DNA from: an uncultured Oscillospiraceae bacterium
GTDB taxonomy: Bacteria > Bacillota > Clostridia > Saccharofermentanales > UBA5734
Direction: 5' to 3'
Length of the DNA stretch: 39,161 bases
Assembly (NCBI GenBank): GCA_964572095.1
Contig: CAZNGQ010000001.1
Coordinates: forward strand, 1-39,161
This document shows positions 1-9,855 of the stretch, one piece after another. Within the stretch, counting starts at the first letter, position 1. Each line of letters begins with the position of its first letter. The position numbers and the translations under genes were made by a program. The notes beneath the pieces are model-generated. The model saw nothing but the letters and a program-made list of their open reading frames with translations, ran no database searches and was not told where the DNA came from.

Positions 1-1
1 G

Positions 2-1030
2 CAGACCGGGGCCTTCAACAAGCGGATGCTGGGACAGGTCCAGTCCCGGATCGATCCGCAGGGCTTTCCATGGCGCCTGGAGAACATTCTCCCGGAGGTC
101 CTGTCCGCAGGGGACAACGCCGGAACCCTGACCGCCGAGGGGGCCGCGCTGCTGGACCCCGCAGGGATGCTCCGCCCCGGCATTCCGCTCTGCCCGCCCG
201 AGGGGGACGCGGGGACCGGCATGGTGGCGACGAACAGCGTGACGGTCCGCACCGGAAACGTGTCCGCCGGGACTTCCGTTTTCGCGATGCTGGTACTGGA
301 AAAGGACCTGTCGCGGGTGTATCCCGAGATCGACCTAGTGACGACGCCGGCCGGCAAGCTGGTCGCCATGGTTCACTCCAACAACTGCACATCCGATTAT
401 GACGCCTGGATCGGGCTGTTCGGCGAGGCGGTCCGGGCGCTGGGCCTGGATGTCCGCAAACCGGTGCTCTACGACACGCTTCTCGGACTGGCGCTCCAGG
501 GGGATCCCGACGGCGGCGGACTGTTGTCGTACGGGTACGTCTCCGGCGAGCACATCACCCATTTCGAAGAGGGACGGCCCCTGTTCACCCGCCTGCCGAG
601 CGCGAACTTCACACTGGCCAATTTCATGCGGACCCAGCTGTTCGCGTCCCTGGGCGCCTTGAAAACCGGGCTGGACATCCTGTTCGAGAGGGAAGCGGTC
701 CAGGTGGACGAGATCCTGGGACATGGCGGGTTCTTCAAGACGAAGGAGGTGGGCCAGCGGATCATGGCCGCCGCCATGAATGTTCCGGTGTCCGTCATGG
801 AAACGGCCGGGGAGGGCGGGGCCTGGGGAATCGCCCTGCTTGCGGCTTATCTGGTCAACCGCGCCGACGGCGAGACGCTGGAGGCCTATCTCGGCAAGAA
901 TGTCTTCGCCGGAAACCGGGGGAGTTCCATCGCGCCCGATCCGGCCGACGTGGCGGGTTTCAACGAATTCATGAAGCGGTACACGCGCGGGCTTGCCATC
1001 GAGAGAGCCGCGGTGGACAACCTGGGATAG
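2..1030 (+). CDS. FGGY-family carbohydrate kinase, C-terminal part (5' end lies outside the window)
   Basis: Frame is open from base 2. C-terminal FGGY-like motifs GHGGFFKT and [13 protein letters not shown] are present. It sits next to a fucosidase. Sugar specificity cannot be assigned. Confidence 0.75.
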   Translation, partial: QTGAFNKRMLGQVQSRIDPQGFPWRLENILPEVLSAGDNAGTLTAEGAALLDPAGMLRPGIPLCPPEGDAGTGMVATNSVTVRTGNVSAGTSVFAMLVLEKDLSRVYPEIDLVTTPAGKLVAMVHSNNCTSDYDAWIGLFGEAVRALGLDVRKPVLYDTLLGLALQGDPDGGGLLSYGYVSGEHITHFEEGRPLFTRLPSANFTLANFMRTQLFASLGALKTGLDILFEREAVQVDEILGHGGFFKTKEVGQRIMAAAMNVPVSVMETAGEGGAWGIALLAAYLVNRADGETLEAYLGKNVFAGNRGSSIAPDPADVAGFNEFMKRYTRGLAIERAAVDNLG

Positions 1031-1059
1031 CCGGTCATCCGGATGCACAGGAGGCAGGC

Positions 1060-2523
1060 ATGAAGGAATCATTCGCCATTCAGGAAGGTCCGTTCCAACC
1101 GACAGTGGAAAGTCTGCGCGGGTTCACGTGTCCCGACTGGTTCCGGGATGCGAAATTCGGCATTTGGAGCCACTGGGGGCCCCAGTCCGTCCCGATGTTC
1201 GGAGACTGGTATGCACGGAACATGTACCTCGAAGGCAGTGCCCAGTACCTGTACCATTGGCGCAAGTACGGACATCCGTCCCGATTCGGGTACAAGGACA
1301 TCGTCCCGCTTTGGAAGGCCGAGCTTTTCGACCCCGCGGGACTGATGGACCTGTATGTCGAAGCAGGGGCCCGGTACTTCGTCGGTCAGGCGATGCACCA
1401 TGATAACTTCGACAACTTCGATTCCACCCACAATCCGTGGAACTCCGTAAAAATCGGTCCGCGCAAGGACATCTGCGCGTTGTGGCAGGCAGAGGCGAAG
1501 CGGCATGGACTTCCGTTCGGCTTGTCGGAACACCTCGGCGCGTCGTACACCTGGATGTCCGCCTCTCATGGGGCGGACAAGGCGGGGCCGTATGCCGGTG
1601 TCCCGTATGACGGCGCCGATCCGGCCAACCAAGGCCTGTACCGCGATAACGACAGCGAGCTGGTCAGCACCCCCGAAGGCTGGAACTGGTACACGAGCAA
1701 TCCGAAATACCAGGCCGACTGGTTCCGTCGCATCAGGGACGTCATCGACCGGTTCCAGCCCGACCTGCTCTACTCGGACGGTGAAGTCCCGTTCCGGGAC
1801 ATCGGCTACGCCATCGTGGCGCACCTGTACAACACCAGCGCCCATGGTCACGGCGGACGCAACAACGCGGTCTACAACTTCAAGCAGCACGATGCCCGGA
1901 ACAAAGCCGAAGGCATCACCCGCATCGGAGTGCTGGACATCGAGCGCGGGCTTTCCGCCAATCCGCTGCCTGAACCCTGGCAGGACGACACAAGCCTCGG
2001 CGACTGGTTCTACAATGTCAAGGACGTGTACAAGACCGCGATGGAAGTCGCGGACACGCTGGTGGACATCGTGTCCAAAAACGGAAACCTCCTGATGAAT
2101 GTGACACAACGGCCGGACGGGACTATCGACGACGAGACGCGCCACACACTGAACCGGGTGGGGGTGTGGCTGAAGGCCAATGGGGACGGCATCTATGGCT
2201 CGAGACCCTACGTGAAACACCGTGAAGGCAAAACGGAACTGGCCGGCGGCCCCTTCCAGGAGGGCAAAGCCACCTGGCAGCCGTCCGACTACCGGTTTAC
2301 ACAGAAACCCAACAGCGTTTTCGCTTTTCAGATGCGTGCCGGCGACGGGGATACCGCGACCGTGCGCAGCCTCGGCGGCCTGTACGAAAGGAAAATCACT
2401 TCCGTTGCCGTTTCGGGCCGCACGGCGGAATACGAGCAGCGGGACGGTGCCTTGCTCGTCCGGCTTCCGGCCGGACTGGACAAGAGTATGCCGGTCTGCA
2501 TCCGGGCGGACCTGAAAGGCTGA
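1060..2523 (+). CDS. alpha-L-fucosidase (GH29-like)
   Basis: N-terminal KFGIWSHWGPQS resembles the GH29 'FGIFxHWG' signature. Length is 487 aa. AGGAGG lies upstream of the ATG. Confidence 0.8.
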   Translation: MKESFAIQEGPFQPTVESLRGFTCPDWFRDAKFGIWSHWGPQSVPMFGDWYARNMYLEGSAQYLYHWRKYGHPSRFGYKDIVPLWKAELFDPAGLMDLYVEAGARYFVGQAMHHDNFDNFDSTHNPWNSVKIGPRKDICALWQAEAKRHGLPFGLSEHLGASYTWMSASHGADKAGPYAGVPYDGADPANQGLYRDNDSELVSTPEGWNWYTSNPKYQADWFRRIRDVIDRFQPDLLYSDGEVPFRDIGYAIVAHLYNTSAHGHGGRNNAVYNFKQHDARNKAEGITRIGVLDIERGLSANPLPEPWQDDTSLGDWFYNVKDVYKTAMEVADTLVDIVSKNGNLLMNVTQRPDGTIDDETRHTLNRVGVWLKANGDGIYGSRPYVKHREGKTELAGGPFQEGKATWQPSDYRFTQKPNSVFAFQMRAGDGDTATVRSLGGLYERKITSVAVSGRTAEYEQRDGALLVRLPAGLDKSMPVCIRADLKG

Positions 2524-2586
2524 CGGTCAATGAGGGGAGTCTGCATCCGTTGATCTGAATTGTGTTTTTATACACGAAACCATGCG

Positions 2587-2618
2587 AAAGGCGCCCCGAT
2601 GGACCGAGGCGCCTTTTC
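2587..2618 (+). terminator. rho-independent terminator after the fucosidase gene
   Basis: Stem AAAGGCGCC ... GGCGCCTTT followed by a T-run (aaaggcgccccgatggaccgaggcgcctttt). Confidence 0.7.
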
Positions 2619-2653
2619 CTCGCAATTTCGTGCAGAAAACAGTAAAAACCGGA

Positions 2654-2683
2654 TTGCCACGGGTCGTCCGGATCGTGTATATT
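2654..2683 (+). promoter_or_regulatory. candidate sigma-70 promoter for the permease/PRT pair
   Basis: TTGCCA, an 18-nt spacer, then TATATT, about 35 nt upstream of the GTG start. Confidence 0.4.
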
Positions 2684-2716
2684 GATTGCATTATATTCAG
2701 GAAAGGGTGATTTTGC

Positions 2717-3865
2717 GTGCCATCTTTCATCGACTCCATCGGTCCGTTTGTCCTGGCGGTCATTGCAGTCATTATCAACGGCGTTCCCCAGCTCCTGTAT
2801 GCCGAGGCCCGCGGTTTCGCGTTGAAACCGGCCGGGTTCGCCTATCTGGTAGGTGCGTTCGGCAACCTGTTCACCGGTTCGGTGACCCCGATCTCGGCGC
2901 AGGCCGAAACCATCACCGTGGCCAGCATCAAGAAGAACCTGAGGAACAACGTGAGCTCCATCCTGCTGGCCGCCATCCTGATGATGGGGCTCGGGATTTT
3001 CGGCGGAGTGACCAAAATCGCGGATTTTGCCGGTGTCACGATTCTGTCCGGCATGATGAGCGGCGTCGGCCTGATCCTTGCCGGGGTCTCCTGGGACATG
3101 TTCGGGCAGGAGAAACGGACTTCGATCATCTCGATCGTGTCCGCCATCGCCGCATATGCGGTTTTCCAGAACAGCTCCAACAAGGTGGTCTGGACTATCT
3201 TCATTTCGGTCGTGGTCGCGACCGCGGATTACCTGTTCCTGCAGAAGAGGCGCGTCGACCTGTCCAAGATCATGGAAGAGGGCCGCGAGCAGCTCCAGAT
3301 GAGCACGGAGTGGCGCTTCTGGAAAAAAGCGTACTGGAGCGACTTCAAACTGATCAAACCGGTGGTGAACCTGACCGTCGTGCTGGGCGCGCTCAGCCTG
3401 GTGATGCTGAATATCGGCGCCAACATCTCGTTCGGCGGCATCACCGCGAGCATCGCCGGGACGACGCAGAACTACGACCACCTTTCCGTCATCAATTCCT
3501 TGGCTGACTTCCCAAGCGCGCTCTTCGGCGGCCCCCCGATCGAGGCGATCATCTCTGGCACCGCGGGCGCTCCCTGGCCGGTCTGGTGCGGCATCGTCTT
3601 CATGTTCGTGACCGGCATCCTGGTGCTGGTCGGGCTGATCGGCCGGCTGGGCAAGTACCTGCCTGCGCAGAGCATCGCCGGATTCCTGTTGGTCATCGGT
3701 CTCGCCCTGACCTTCGCCCCGAACCTGTCGGCGGTGTCCCAGTCGGACGAGCCGATCAGCGGATACATCGCGCTTGGTGTGACGGCCTGGTCCAAGAACC
3801 CGTTCCTCGGAATGGTCATCGGCGTCGCGGTGCGATATCTCGGCTCATACGTCGGCCTGGCATAG
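2717..3865 (+). CDS. polytopic membrane permease (possibly a nucleobase transporter)
   Basis: 382 aa and hydrophobic throughout, with many predicted helices. GTG start behind AGGAAAGGG. A phosphoribosyltransferase follows 11 nt downstream. Substrate is inferred from context only. Confidence 0.6.
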   Translation: MPSFIDSIGPFVLAVIAVIINGVPQLLYAEARGFALKPAGFAYLVGAFGNLFTGSVTPISAQAETITVASIKKNLRNNVSSILLAAILMMGLGIFGGVTKIADFAGVTILSGMMSGVGLILAGVSWDMFGQEKRTSIISIVSAIAAYAVFQNSSNKVVWTIFISVVVATADYLFLQKRRVDLSKIMEEGREQLQMSTEWRFWKKAYWSDFKLIKPVVNLTVVLGALSLVMLNIGANISFGGITASIAGTTQNYDHLSVINSLADFPSALFGGPPIEAIISGTAGAPWPVWCGIVFMFVTGILVLVGLIGRLGKYLPAQSIAGFLLVIGLALTFAPNLSAVSQSDEPISGYIALGVTAWSKNPFLGMVIGVAVRYLGSYVGLA

Positions 3866-3876
3866 GAGGTTACCTG

Positions 3877-4449
3877 ATGGATACCGGTTTTCCCCCTGTC
3901 TGGAAAGTGCGGCTCGGTCCCGACTGCGAGATCGATCTGCCGCTGATGGACATCGGCGGGGGTTTCTGCATCTACTCTTTCGATATGACCGGTGAAGCCG
4001 CGTGGAACCGTGCCGCCGCCAGGCAACTGACGGAAAAGCTGGCTGCCTTCGAGTTCGACTCGTTCGTCACCGTGCAGACCAAGTCGTCCGGCCTGACCCA
4101 GGCCATCTCCGGCTCGCACGCCAGCTACCTGGAACTGCGTAAAGGCCGCAAGAGCTTCATGAAGGAACCCAAACACGTCGTCGCCAAGTCCATCACGACG
4201 GAAGACCCGCAGCAGTTGTGGATCGGCCGGGAGAAATACGAGCAGTTCCAGGGCAAGAAGCTGTGTTTCATCGACGATGTGGTGTCGACCGGCGGCACCA
4301 TCGACGCGGTGATCGCCATGGCCGGGAAAGTCGGCTTTGAGCTGTCCGTCATCGCGTGTGTGCTGACGGAAGGCGAGAAACGGACGGAGTACAAGGGCAT
4401 CCCGCTCGTATCCCTCGACCACATCCCGCTGCCTGGCAAGATCCGCTGA
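3877..4449 (+). CDS. phosphoribosyltransferase family protein (adenine/xanthine PRT-like)
   Basis: PRPP-binding loop CFIDDVVSTGGTIDA. AGGAGG lies 6 nt upstream of the ATG at 3877. The track ORF starting at 3586 overlaps the permease and is an over-extension. Confidence 0.75.
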   Translation: MDTGFPPVWKVRLGPDCEIDLPLMDIGGGFCIYSFDMTGEAAWNRAAARQLTEKLAAFEFDSFVTVQTKSSGLTQAISGSHASYLELRKGRKSFMKEPKHVVAKSITTEDPQQLWIGREKYEQFQGKKLCFIDDVVSTGGTIDAVIAMAGKVGFELSVIACVLTEGEKRTEYKGIPLVSLDHIPLPGKIR

Positions 4450-4476
4450 GGATCGGAGATCCCCAAACCATGCGAG

Positions 4477-4506
4477 GCGGGTTCCCCATACGGGGGACCC
4501 GCTTTT
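4477..4506 (+). terminator. rho-independent terminator after the PRT gene
   Basis: GGCGGGTTCCCC-ATAC-GGGGGACCCGC followed by TTTT. Confidence 0.75.
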
Positions 4507-4718
4507 CCATCCCGTTCATCCGGGTGGCGTTTTTCGGCGAGCAGGGATATCATGGGAGACAGCAATACGACGTGGAGGTGGCGCGCATTCATATGCAACG
4601 AGGTAACCGCTCCGTGCAGTCGACGCCTGTCGCCGGCAGATTGTACTGAGCGAAACCCCCGCCGGCCGGCTCGACTGCACGGATCCGTCCACCCGAAAAA
4701 GGAACGGAGGAGTGCGGT

Positions 4719-6407
4719 ATGAAATACCTGATCGCTTACGTCAAAACCAACGCCGGGCTGACCGCCTGGTATCTTTTCGCAGGGATCCTGATCTCCCTGC
4801 TTTCCGGCTTCAACGCCAATTATCTCCGGAAGCTCGTCGACCGTTTTACGGACGGGTCGCTTTCCATCGGAACCATCGCCGTGTTCGGCGTGCTTCTGGC
4901 CTCGCTGTGCGCGCTCAGCTATCTGGACGAATATCCGTGGCGCAAGATCGAGTATGGGATCCATCTTGACCTCAAGCTGGCCGCCCTTCGTAAAATCGCC
5001 CGGATCGACTATCTGGCCTGCCAGTCCCTAGGCACGGGCCGGCTGATCCAGCGGATCGAGAACGGTGCCGCAGCGGGAAAAGGCATCCTGTTCGACTTCG
5101 GGTTCCGGCTGGTCCGCGACATCATTCCGTCGATCGTGTTCAGCATGGTCTTCATTTCCCGGATCAACCGGACGGTCATGCTGACGATCCTGGCCGGGTA
5201 TGTCATCGTATTCCTTTTCACCAATCTGCTTCTCAAGGCGCTGTACCGGATCAAGGAGCAGATCCTCGTCAACGAAGAGAAAATGAGCCGATTCCTGGTG
5301 CGCGGGTTCATGGAGATGGTCGTATTCCGGCTGAACCGGCGGTTCCCGTCCGAGATCCGGAAAGCGCAGGCGGCCCGGGACGAGATCGTCACGTCCAAGG
5401 TCCGGATGAAAATGATCCATGAAGCGTTCTTTGCGGTGTTCGCCATGCTGATCATCCTGGTCAAGGTGGCGATCATCCTGTACGGATGGCAGTCAAAAAC
5501 CCTCAGCATCGGGGCGATCATCGCGCTGATCACGCTCGTGGACAACGCCTATACCCCGATCGCCATTTTCAATGTGCTGTTCGTCCAGTACCGGTTGGAC
5601 CGGACCGCTTTCCGGCGGTACGAGGAGTTCCTGGAATCCCCGGACGACGCGCAGATCGGTCGGGGGGATCCCGTATCCGACGTGGGCGGCGATATTATAT
5701 TCAGCGGGATCCAGTACCGGTATGAGGGCCGCGTCGTACTCGACGCCCTGGACCTGACGATCCGCAGGGGCGAAAGCGTGGCCATCGTCGGCGAGAGCGG
5801 ATCCGGCAAGTCCACGGTCGTCAAGCTGCTCGCAGGCCTGCTGAAACCGGAAGCGGGGGAGATCCGAGTGGACGGGATCCTGCTGTCCGCCGCGGACCTC
5901 GACAGCTACTACGCGCACATCGCCTATATCCCTCAGGACTCCCCGGTGTTTGACGGGTCGTTGCGTGAAAACCTCGTGTTCGACGAGTCCATAGGCGATG
6001 CGGAGATGGTCCGGGCGCTTCGCGAAGTGAGTCTGTCCGACCTGCTGGACAAGCTGGAAAACGGCCTGGATACGCAGGTCGGGGAGAAAGGGCACCTGCT
6101 GTCCGGCGGGGAAAGGCAGCGGCTGGCGCTGGCCAGACTGTGGTTCTCGCAAGCCGGCATCGTCATCCTCGACGAAGCGACCTCGGCGATGGACAATATC
6201 ACCGAAGAACACGTGATGGCACGGGTGATGAGACATCTGCGGGGCCGGACGGTCGTCGCCATTGCGCACCGGCTCGGATCCATCGCCGATTTCCAGCGAA
6301 TCCTCGTTTTCAAGGACGGCCGGATCGTCGGACAGGGAACCCTGCCCGCCTTGATGGCGGACTGCCCGTATTTCCGTGAGCTGTACCGCGCGGATCCGGC
6401 CGGATGA
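4719..6407 (+). CDS. ABC exporter, fused permease and ATPase
   Basis: N-terminal six-helix-type membrane domain. Walker A GESGSGKST, signature LSGGERQR, Walker B IVILDEATS. GGAGGAG RBS. Confidence 0.9.
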   Translation: MKYLIAYVKTNAGLTAWYLFAGILISLLSGFNANYLRKLVDRFTDGSLSIGTIAVFGVLLASLCALSYLDEYPWRKIEYGIHLDLKLAALRKIARIDYLACQSLGTGRLIQRIENGAAAGKGILFDFGFRLVRDIIPSIVFSMVFISRINRTVMLTILAGYVIVFLFTNLLLKALYRIKEQILVNEEKMSRFLVRGFMEMVVFRLNRRFPSEIRKAQAARDEIVTSKVRMKMIHEAFFAVFAMLIILVKVAIILYGWQSKTLSIGAIIALITLVDNAYTPIAIFNVLFVQYRLDRTAFRRYEEFLESPDDAQIGRGDPVSDVGGDIIFSGIQYRYEGRVVLDALDLTIRRGESVAIVGESGSGKSTVVKLLAGLLKPEAGEIRVDGILLSAADLDSYYAHIAYIPQDSPVFDGSLRENLVFDESIGDAEMVRALREVSLSDLLDKLENGLDTQVGEKGHLLSGGERQRLALARLWFSQAGIVILDEATSAMDNITEEHVMARVMRHLRGRTVVAIAHRLGSIADFQRILVFKDGRIVGQGTLPALMADCPYFRELYRADPAG

Positions 6408-6436
6408 AGCGGCTGGAAATCCGGAGGCGACCGACC

Positions 6437-8671
6437 TCAGCCCTGGCGGTCCAGGCGGTACCGGACAAAGACATCCAGGCTGCGGATCGCGGCGGGGATG
6501 TCCGTGTAGACGGGGACGCCCTGGTCTTCCAGATAGGCGACGATGTTCTGGTAATGGTTTCCCGTATTGATGGAGACGACGATCGGCTTTGAGGTCCGGC
6601 GTGCGATATCGGCGAGCAGGACGATAAAGGAGTCCGGGTCCAGGTAGTTATCCTCGAGCATCTTCAGGTTCTGGATATGGGGGACGGCCGCCACAAACAG
6701 GCAGTCCACGTTTTCATCCTGGACCACCGCTTCGATGAACTGCGCGAACAGGTCATCGTCCGTCATGGGGGTGACGTCCAGGAACGAGGTGTGGATGTCC
6801 ACCAGCCCGTGCCGGTTCAATTCCCTGATCCGGGCCACCGTCGAATCCGACAAAACCGTTTGCTCCAGGAACTGCAGCGTATCGGCGCCCATCGTCGCGT
6901 CCAGTCCGGCGTTCACGACACCGGCCACCCGCTTGCCGGCGACCGTCTTGCCGTTCAGCATGGCGAACGCCTTGGTGGCGTTGTAGAAATCCTCGAGCTC
7001 CTCGGCCAGCACGCATCCGGACTGCAGGCAGGCCGCCTTGAACACATCGTAGCTGCCCGACATCGAGGCGGTGTGGGAGGCGGCCGCCTTGGCGCCGGCC
7101 TCCGTACGCCCGGCCTTGTACACGATGATCGGCTTGCGGCTCCGGCTTGCCAGCCGGAAGAATTCCCGGCCCTCTCCGGGATTGATTCCCTCGATGTACA
7201 GGGACATGACGTCGATGTGCGGTTCGTTTTCGAAATAGGCCATCAGGTCAGGAATGTTGACATCCGCCTTGTTGCCGATGCTGACGATGGTCCGGATGAT
7301 GCGGGAATGCTGGGCCCTCTCGATGATGGAGATCCCCATGGCGCCGCTCTGGGTAAAAAGAGCGGTGTTGCTTCGGTTGGAAAAGGGGATCTGCAACCGG
7401 CTTTCGTCGATGAAAAGCGTGTTGACGCCTGGTTCGCCGCGGTCCGGCGCGTTGAAGACACCCATGCAGTTCGGGCCGATCAGCCGGATCCCCTTGCTAC
7501 GCGTGCGGGCCGCGGCCAGGAATTCCGCATAGTCGGTATCGGGCGGAAAGCCCGAGATCAGGATCACGGCCTTGTCTTCCGGCACGGTCGCGAGGAACTT
7601 CAGCGTGTTTTTCGCAGGCGCGGCATAGACGGCCAGGTCGTAGGGACCCGGCAGTTCCGACAGGTCCCGGTACAGCGGATAGGTCCGGTCGCCGACCTGC
7701 GCGTCACCGCCCTTGGGGTTTATGCAGTACACGTCTTCTCGCCCCAGGTCCTGGAAGAGCGAGACGATGATCCGGGCCATGGAATACTTGTCCTCGACGG
7801 AGGAGACCCCGAGGACCGCAACCCCTTTCGGCCTGAAGAAACGGTCCAGGTTCGTCGTGTCGGCATTGCTGTCGTGCGGCGCACGGGGAGGGGCCTCTCC
7901 GAATTCCGCATAACCGTCGATCGCGATGAAACGGCCGTCCTTGGCGAAAACCAGCGGGTTGACGTCCAGAACGGACAGACAGAACCGCGGGGACCGCTCG
8001 GACATGGATGAGTAGTGGTGTCCCAGCAGACTGATGGAAGAGAGCGCCCGGGCCATTTTATCCAGATAGTCCGGATGTCCGGTCTCCTCATACCGGTGCC
8101 GGATTTTCAGCGAACGGGTGATCCGGACGGCGGACTCGTAGGGAACCGGCGCCAGGAACAGGTTGGGGGCGTCATAGTAACGGGAAAAGAACTCCGCGTC
8201 CTCGCCGCCCTTGGTGAGCGTGACGACCGCGCCGAACGCGGGATCGTCCTTGAGTCCGATCATGATCTCGTTGCCGAGCGCCTCGGTGAACCGGATGAAC
8301 TCGACGATCAGGAATCCGTCGATCCGCGGCTTTTTCCCGTCCGGGAAATGGGAGAGGACTTCGGTCTCCATATTGGCCATGACAAACCGGATAAACAGCG
8401 GGTCCAGGGTCGAAACCGGCTTGACCCCGCCGTAACGCTGGTTGTGGGACAGGTCCCGCGAAACGGCCTTGACCATGACGGTCGGGCCGGGGAACCGGGA
8501 CAGGAGGCCGGCATCCACTTCCTTTGCGTCCCGGACGAAGACACATCGCGGGACATCGATCCCGATTGCGGACAGGATGCCGTAGACCTCGTGCTCATGG
8601 AGCGTATGGCGGCCCTCGCCGGACGCCTCCGCCAGAATGTGGTCGATCACCGGGAACGCTTCGTCTTTCAT
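6437..8671 (-). CDS. ADP-forming acetyl/acyl-CoA synthetase family protein (CoA-binding and ATP-grasp domains)
   Basis: CoA-ligase motifs VAVLGVSS and IGPNCMGV, plus an N-terminal ATP-grasp-like region. I chose the start at MKDEAF (8671) because GAGGTG lies 7 nt upstream. The track ORF extends to 8728. Confidence 0.8.
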   Translation of the reverse strand: MKDEAFPVIDHILAEASGEGRHTLHEHEVYGILSAIGIDVPRCVFVRDAKEVDAGLLSRFPGPTVMVKAVSRDLSHNQRYGGVKPVSTLDPLFIRFVMANMETEVLSHFPDGKKPRIDGFLIVEFIRFTEALGNEIMIGLKDDPAFGAVVTLTKGGEDAEFFSRYYDAPNLFLAPVPYESAVRITRSLKIRHRYEETGHPDYLDKMARALSSISLLGHHYSSMSERSPRFCLSVLDVNPLVFAKDGRFIAIDGYAEFGEAPPRAPHDSNADTTNLDRFFRPKGVAVLGVSSVEDKYSMARIIVSLFQDLGREDVYCINPKGGDAQVGDRTYPLYRDLSELPGPYDLAVYAAPAKNTLKFLATVPEDKAVILISGFPPDTDYAEFLAAARTRSKGIRLIGPNCMGVFNAPDRGEPGVNTLFIDESRLQIPFSNRSNTALFTQSGAMGISIIERAQHSRIIRTIVSIGNKADVNIPDLMAYFENEPHIDVMSLYIEGINPGEGREFFRLASRSRKPIIVYKAGRTEAGAKAAASHTASMSGSYDVFKAACLQSGCVLAEELEDFYNATKAFAMLNGKTVAGKRVAGVVNAGLDATMGADTLQFLEQTVLSDSTVARIRELNRHGLVDIHTSFLDVTPMTDDDLFAQFIEAVVQDENVDCLFVAAVPHIQNLKMLEDNYLDPDSFIVLLADIARRTSKPIVVSINTGNHYQNIVAYLEDQGVPVYTDIPAAIRSLDVFVRYRLDRQG

Positions 8672-8804
8672 CACAACACCTCGCTTGTTCACCTCCATCA
8701 TATCGTTGTAAGGATGCAATATCAGCAAGTCCGGTCCAGGCGGCTCCGGATATTATGGTAATCTGGTAGACATATACGTTCGGGAGACGGCAAAGGAGGG
8801 TGTC

Positions 8805-9440
8805 ATGGACCGCTATGACGGATATCTGTTCGACTTCGACTACACGCTGGGCGATGCGACCGACGGCATCGTCATCGCCATGAATGTCGCGCTGGAGCGG
8901 GCAGGGCAGCCGCCCGCGGACCGTGAATCGATCCGCCGGACGGTGGGTATGCACTTGGCGGAAACCTTCGAGCGGCTGACGGGCCTCTCCGATCCGGCCC
9001 GGAGCGAGGTGTTCCTTGAGGCGTTCCGCAGCAAGGCGGACGAGGTCATGACCCGCAACACCACCCTGTTCCCCGAATCGGCCGACGTGCTGCGGCGCTT
9101 GAAACGCGCCGGCGCCAGGGTCGGAATCGTGACGACGAAATACCGTTACCGCATCGAGGAGATCCTGCGCAAGTTCGATATCGTGGACCAGGTCGATCTC
9201 GTTGTCGGCGGCGAGGACGTGGCTAGGCCAAAACCGGACCCGGAAGGATTGCTGCTTGCGATCACGCGGCTTGGACTCATGAAAAGCCGGATCCTGTATA
9301 TCGGCGACAGTACCATCGACGCGGAAACCGCCAGCGCGGCGGGCGTCGATTTCGTCGGGGTGACAACGGGGACAACGGACCGGGAAACGCTCGCGGCTTA
9401 TCCGCATGTCCGGATCGTCGACCGTCTGGAGGAGTTGTGA
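8805..9440 (+). CDS. HAD-superfamily hydrolase (phosphoglycolate-phosphatase-like)
   Basis: DxDxT motif in YLFDFDYTLGD and a C-terminal GDSxxD motif (YIGDSTIDAETA). AAAGGAGGG RBS. Confidence 0.8.
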   Translation: MDRYDGYLFDFDYTLGDATDGIVIAMNVALERAGQPPADRESIRRTVGMHLAETFERLTGLSDPARSEVFLEAFRSKADEVMTRNTTLFPESADVLRRLKRAGARVGIVTTKYRYRIEEILRKFDIVDQVDLVVGGEDVARPKPDPEGLLLAITRLGLMKSRILYIGDSTIDAETASAAGVDFVGVTTGTTDRETLAAYPHVRIVDRLEEL

Positions 9441-9441
9441 C

Positions 9442-9855
9442 ATGGAAATCCGAAAATGCGCGATCGCGGATTGCGGACAGCTCGCGCGGATGAACCGGCA
9501 GCTGATCGAGGACGAGCGACATGACAACACCATGCCCGTGCCGGAACTCCAGGCCCGGATGGAGGGTTTCCTCGAGAGCGATTACACGGCGTTCTTTTTT
9601 GTTGTCGGGTCGGACCCCGTCGGTTATGCCCTGGTGAAACACACCTGCTCCCCTCTCTACCTGCGGCAGTTCTTCATTTGCCGGGAACAACGGAGAAAGG
9701 GATTCGGCACCGAGGCGTTCCGCCTGCTTCTCGAACGGCTTCAAGCCAGGACGATCGATATCGAAGTGCTTTGCTGGAACGAGGCGGGCCTCGGATTCTG
9801 GGAAAGCCTGGGATTTCGGCCGAGAAGCATATACATGAGGTATGGGGAAAAATGA
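9442..9855 (+). CDS. GNAT-family N-acetyltransferase
   Basis: Acetyl-CoA loop RRKGFGTEAF. About 137 aa counted from MEIRKC. The stop overlaps the next start (ATGA). Confidence 0.7.
   Translation: MEIRKCAIADCGQLARMNRQLIEDERHDNTMPVPELQARMEGFLESDYTAFFFVVGSDPVGYALVKHTCSPLYLRQFFICREQRRKGFGTEAFRLLLERLQARTIDIEVLCWNEAGLGFWESLGFRPRSIYMRYGEK

Noticed and set aside
2619-2716. Looked for a purine/PRPP-type riboswitch ahead of the permease/PRT pair.
   Set aside because: No conserved aptamer junction sequences are present. The region is better explained by a terminator plus a promoter.
4552-4722. The 56-codon ORF upstream of the ABC exporter, considered as a bacteriocin/RiPP precursor.
   Set aside because: It has a weak RBS, a lower third-position GC (about 64% by my count) than I would expect for real genes in DNA this GC-rich, an Arg-rich C-terminal half, no leader-type motif (such as a double-Gly), and no modification enzymes nearby. 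It is kept only as a possible regulatory leader in the findings.
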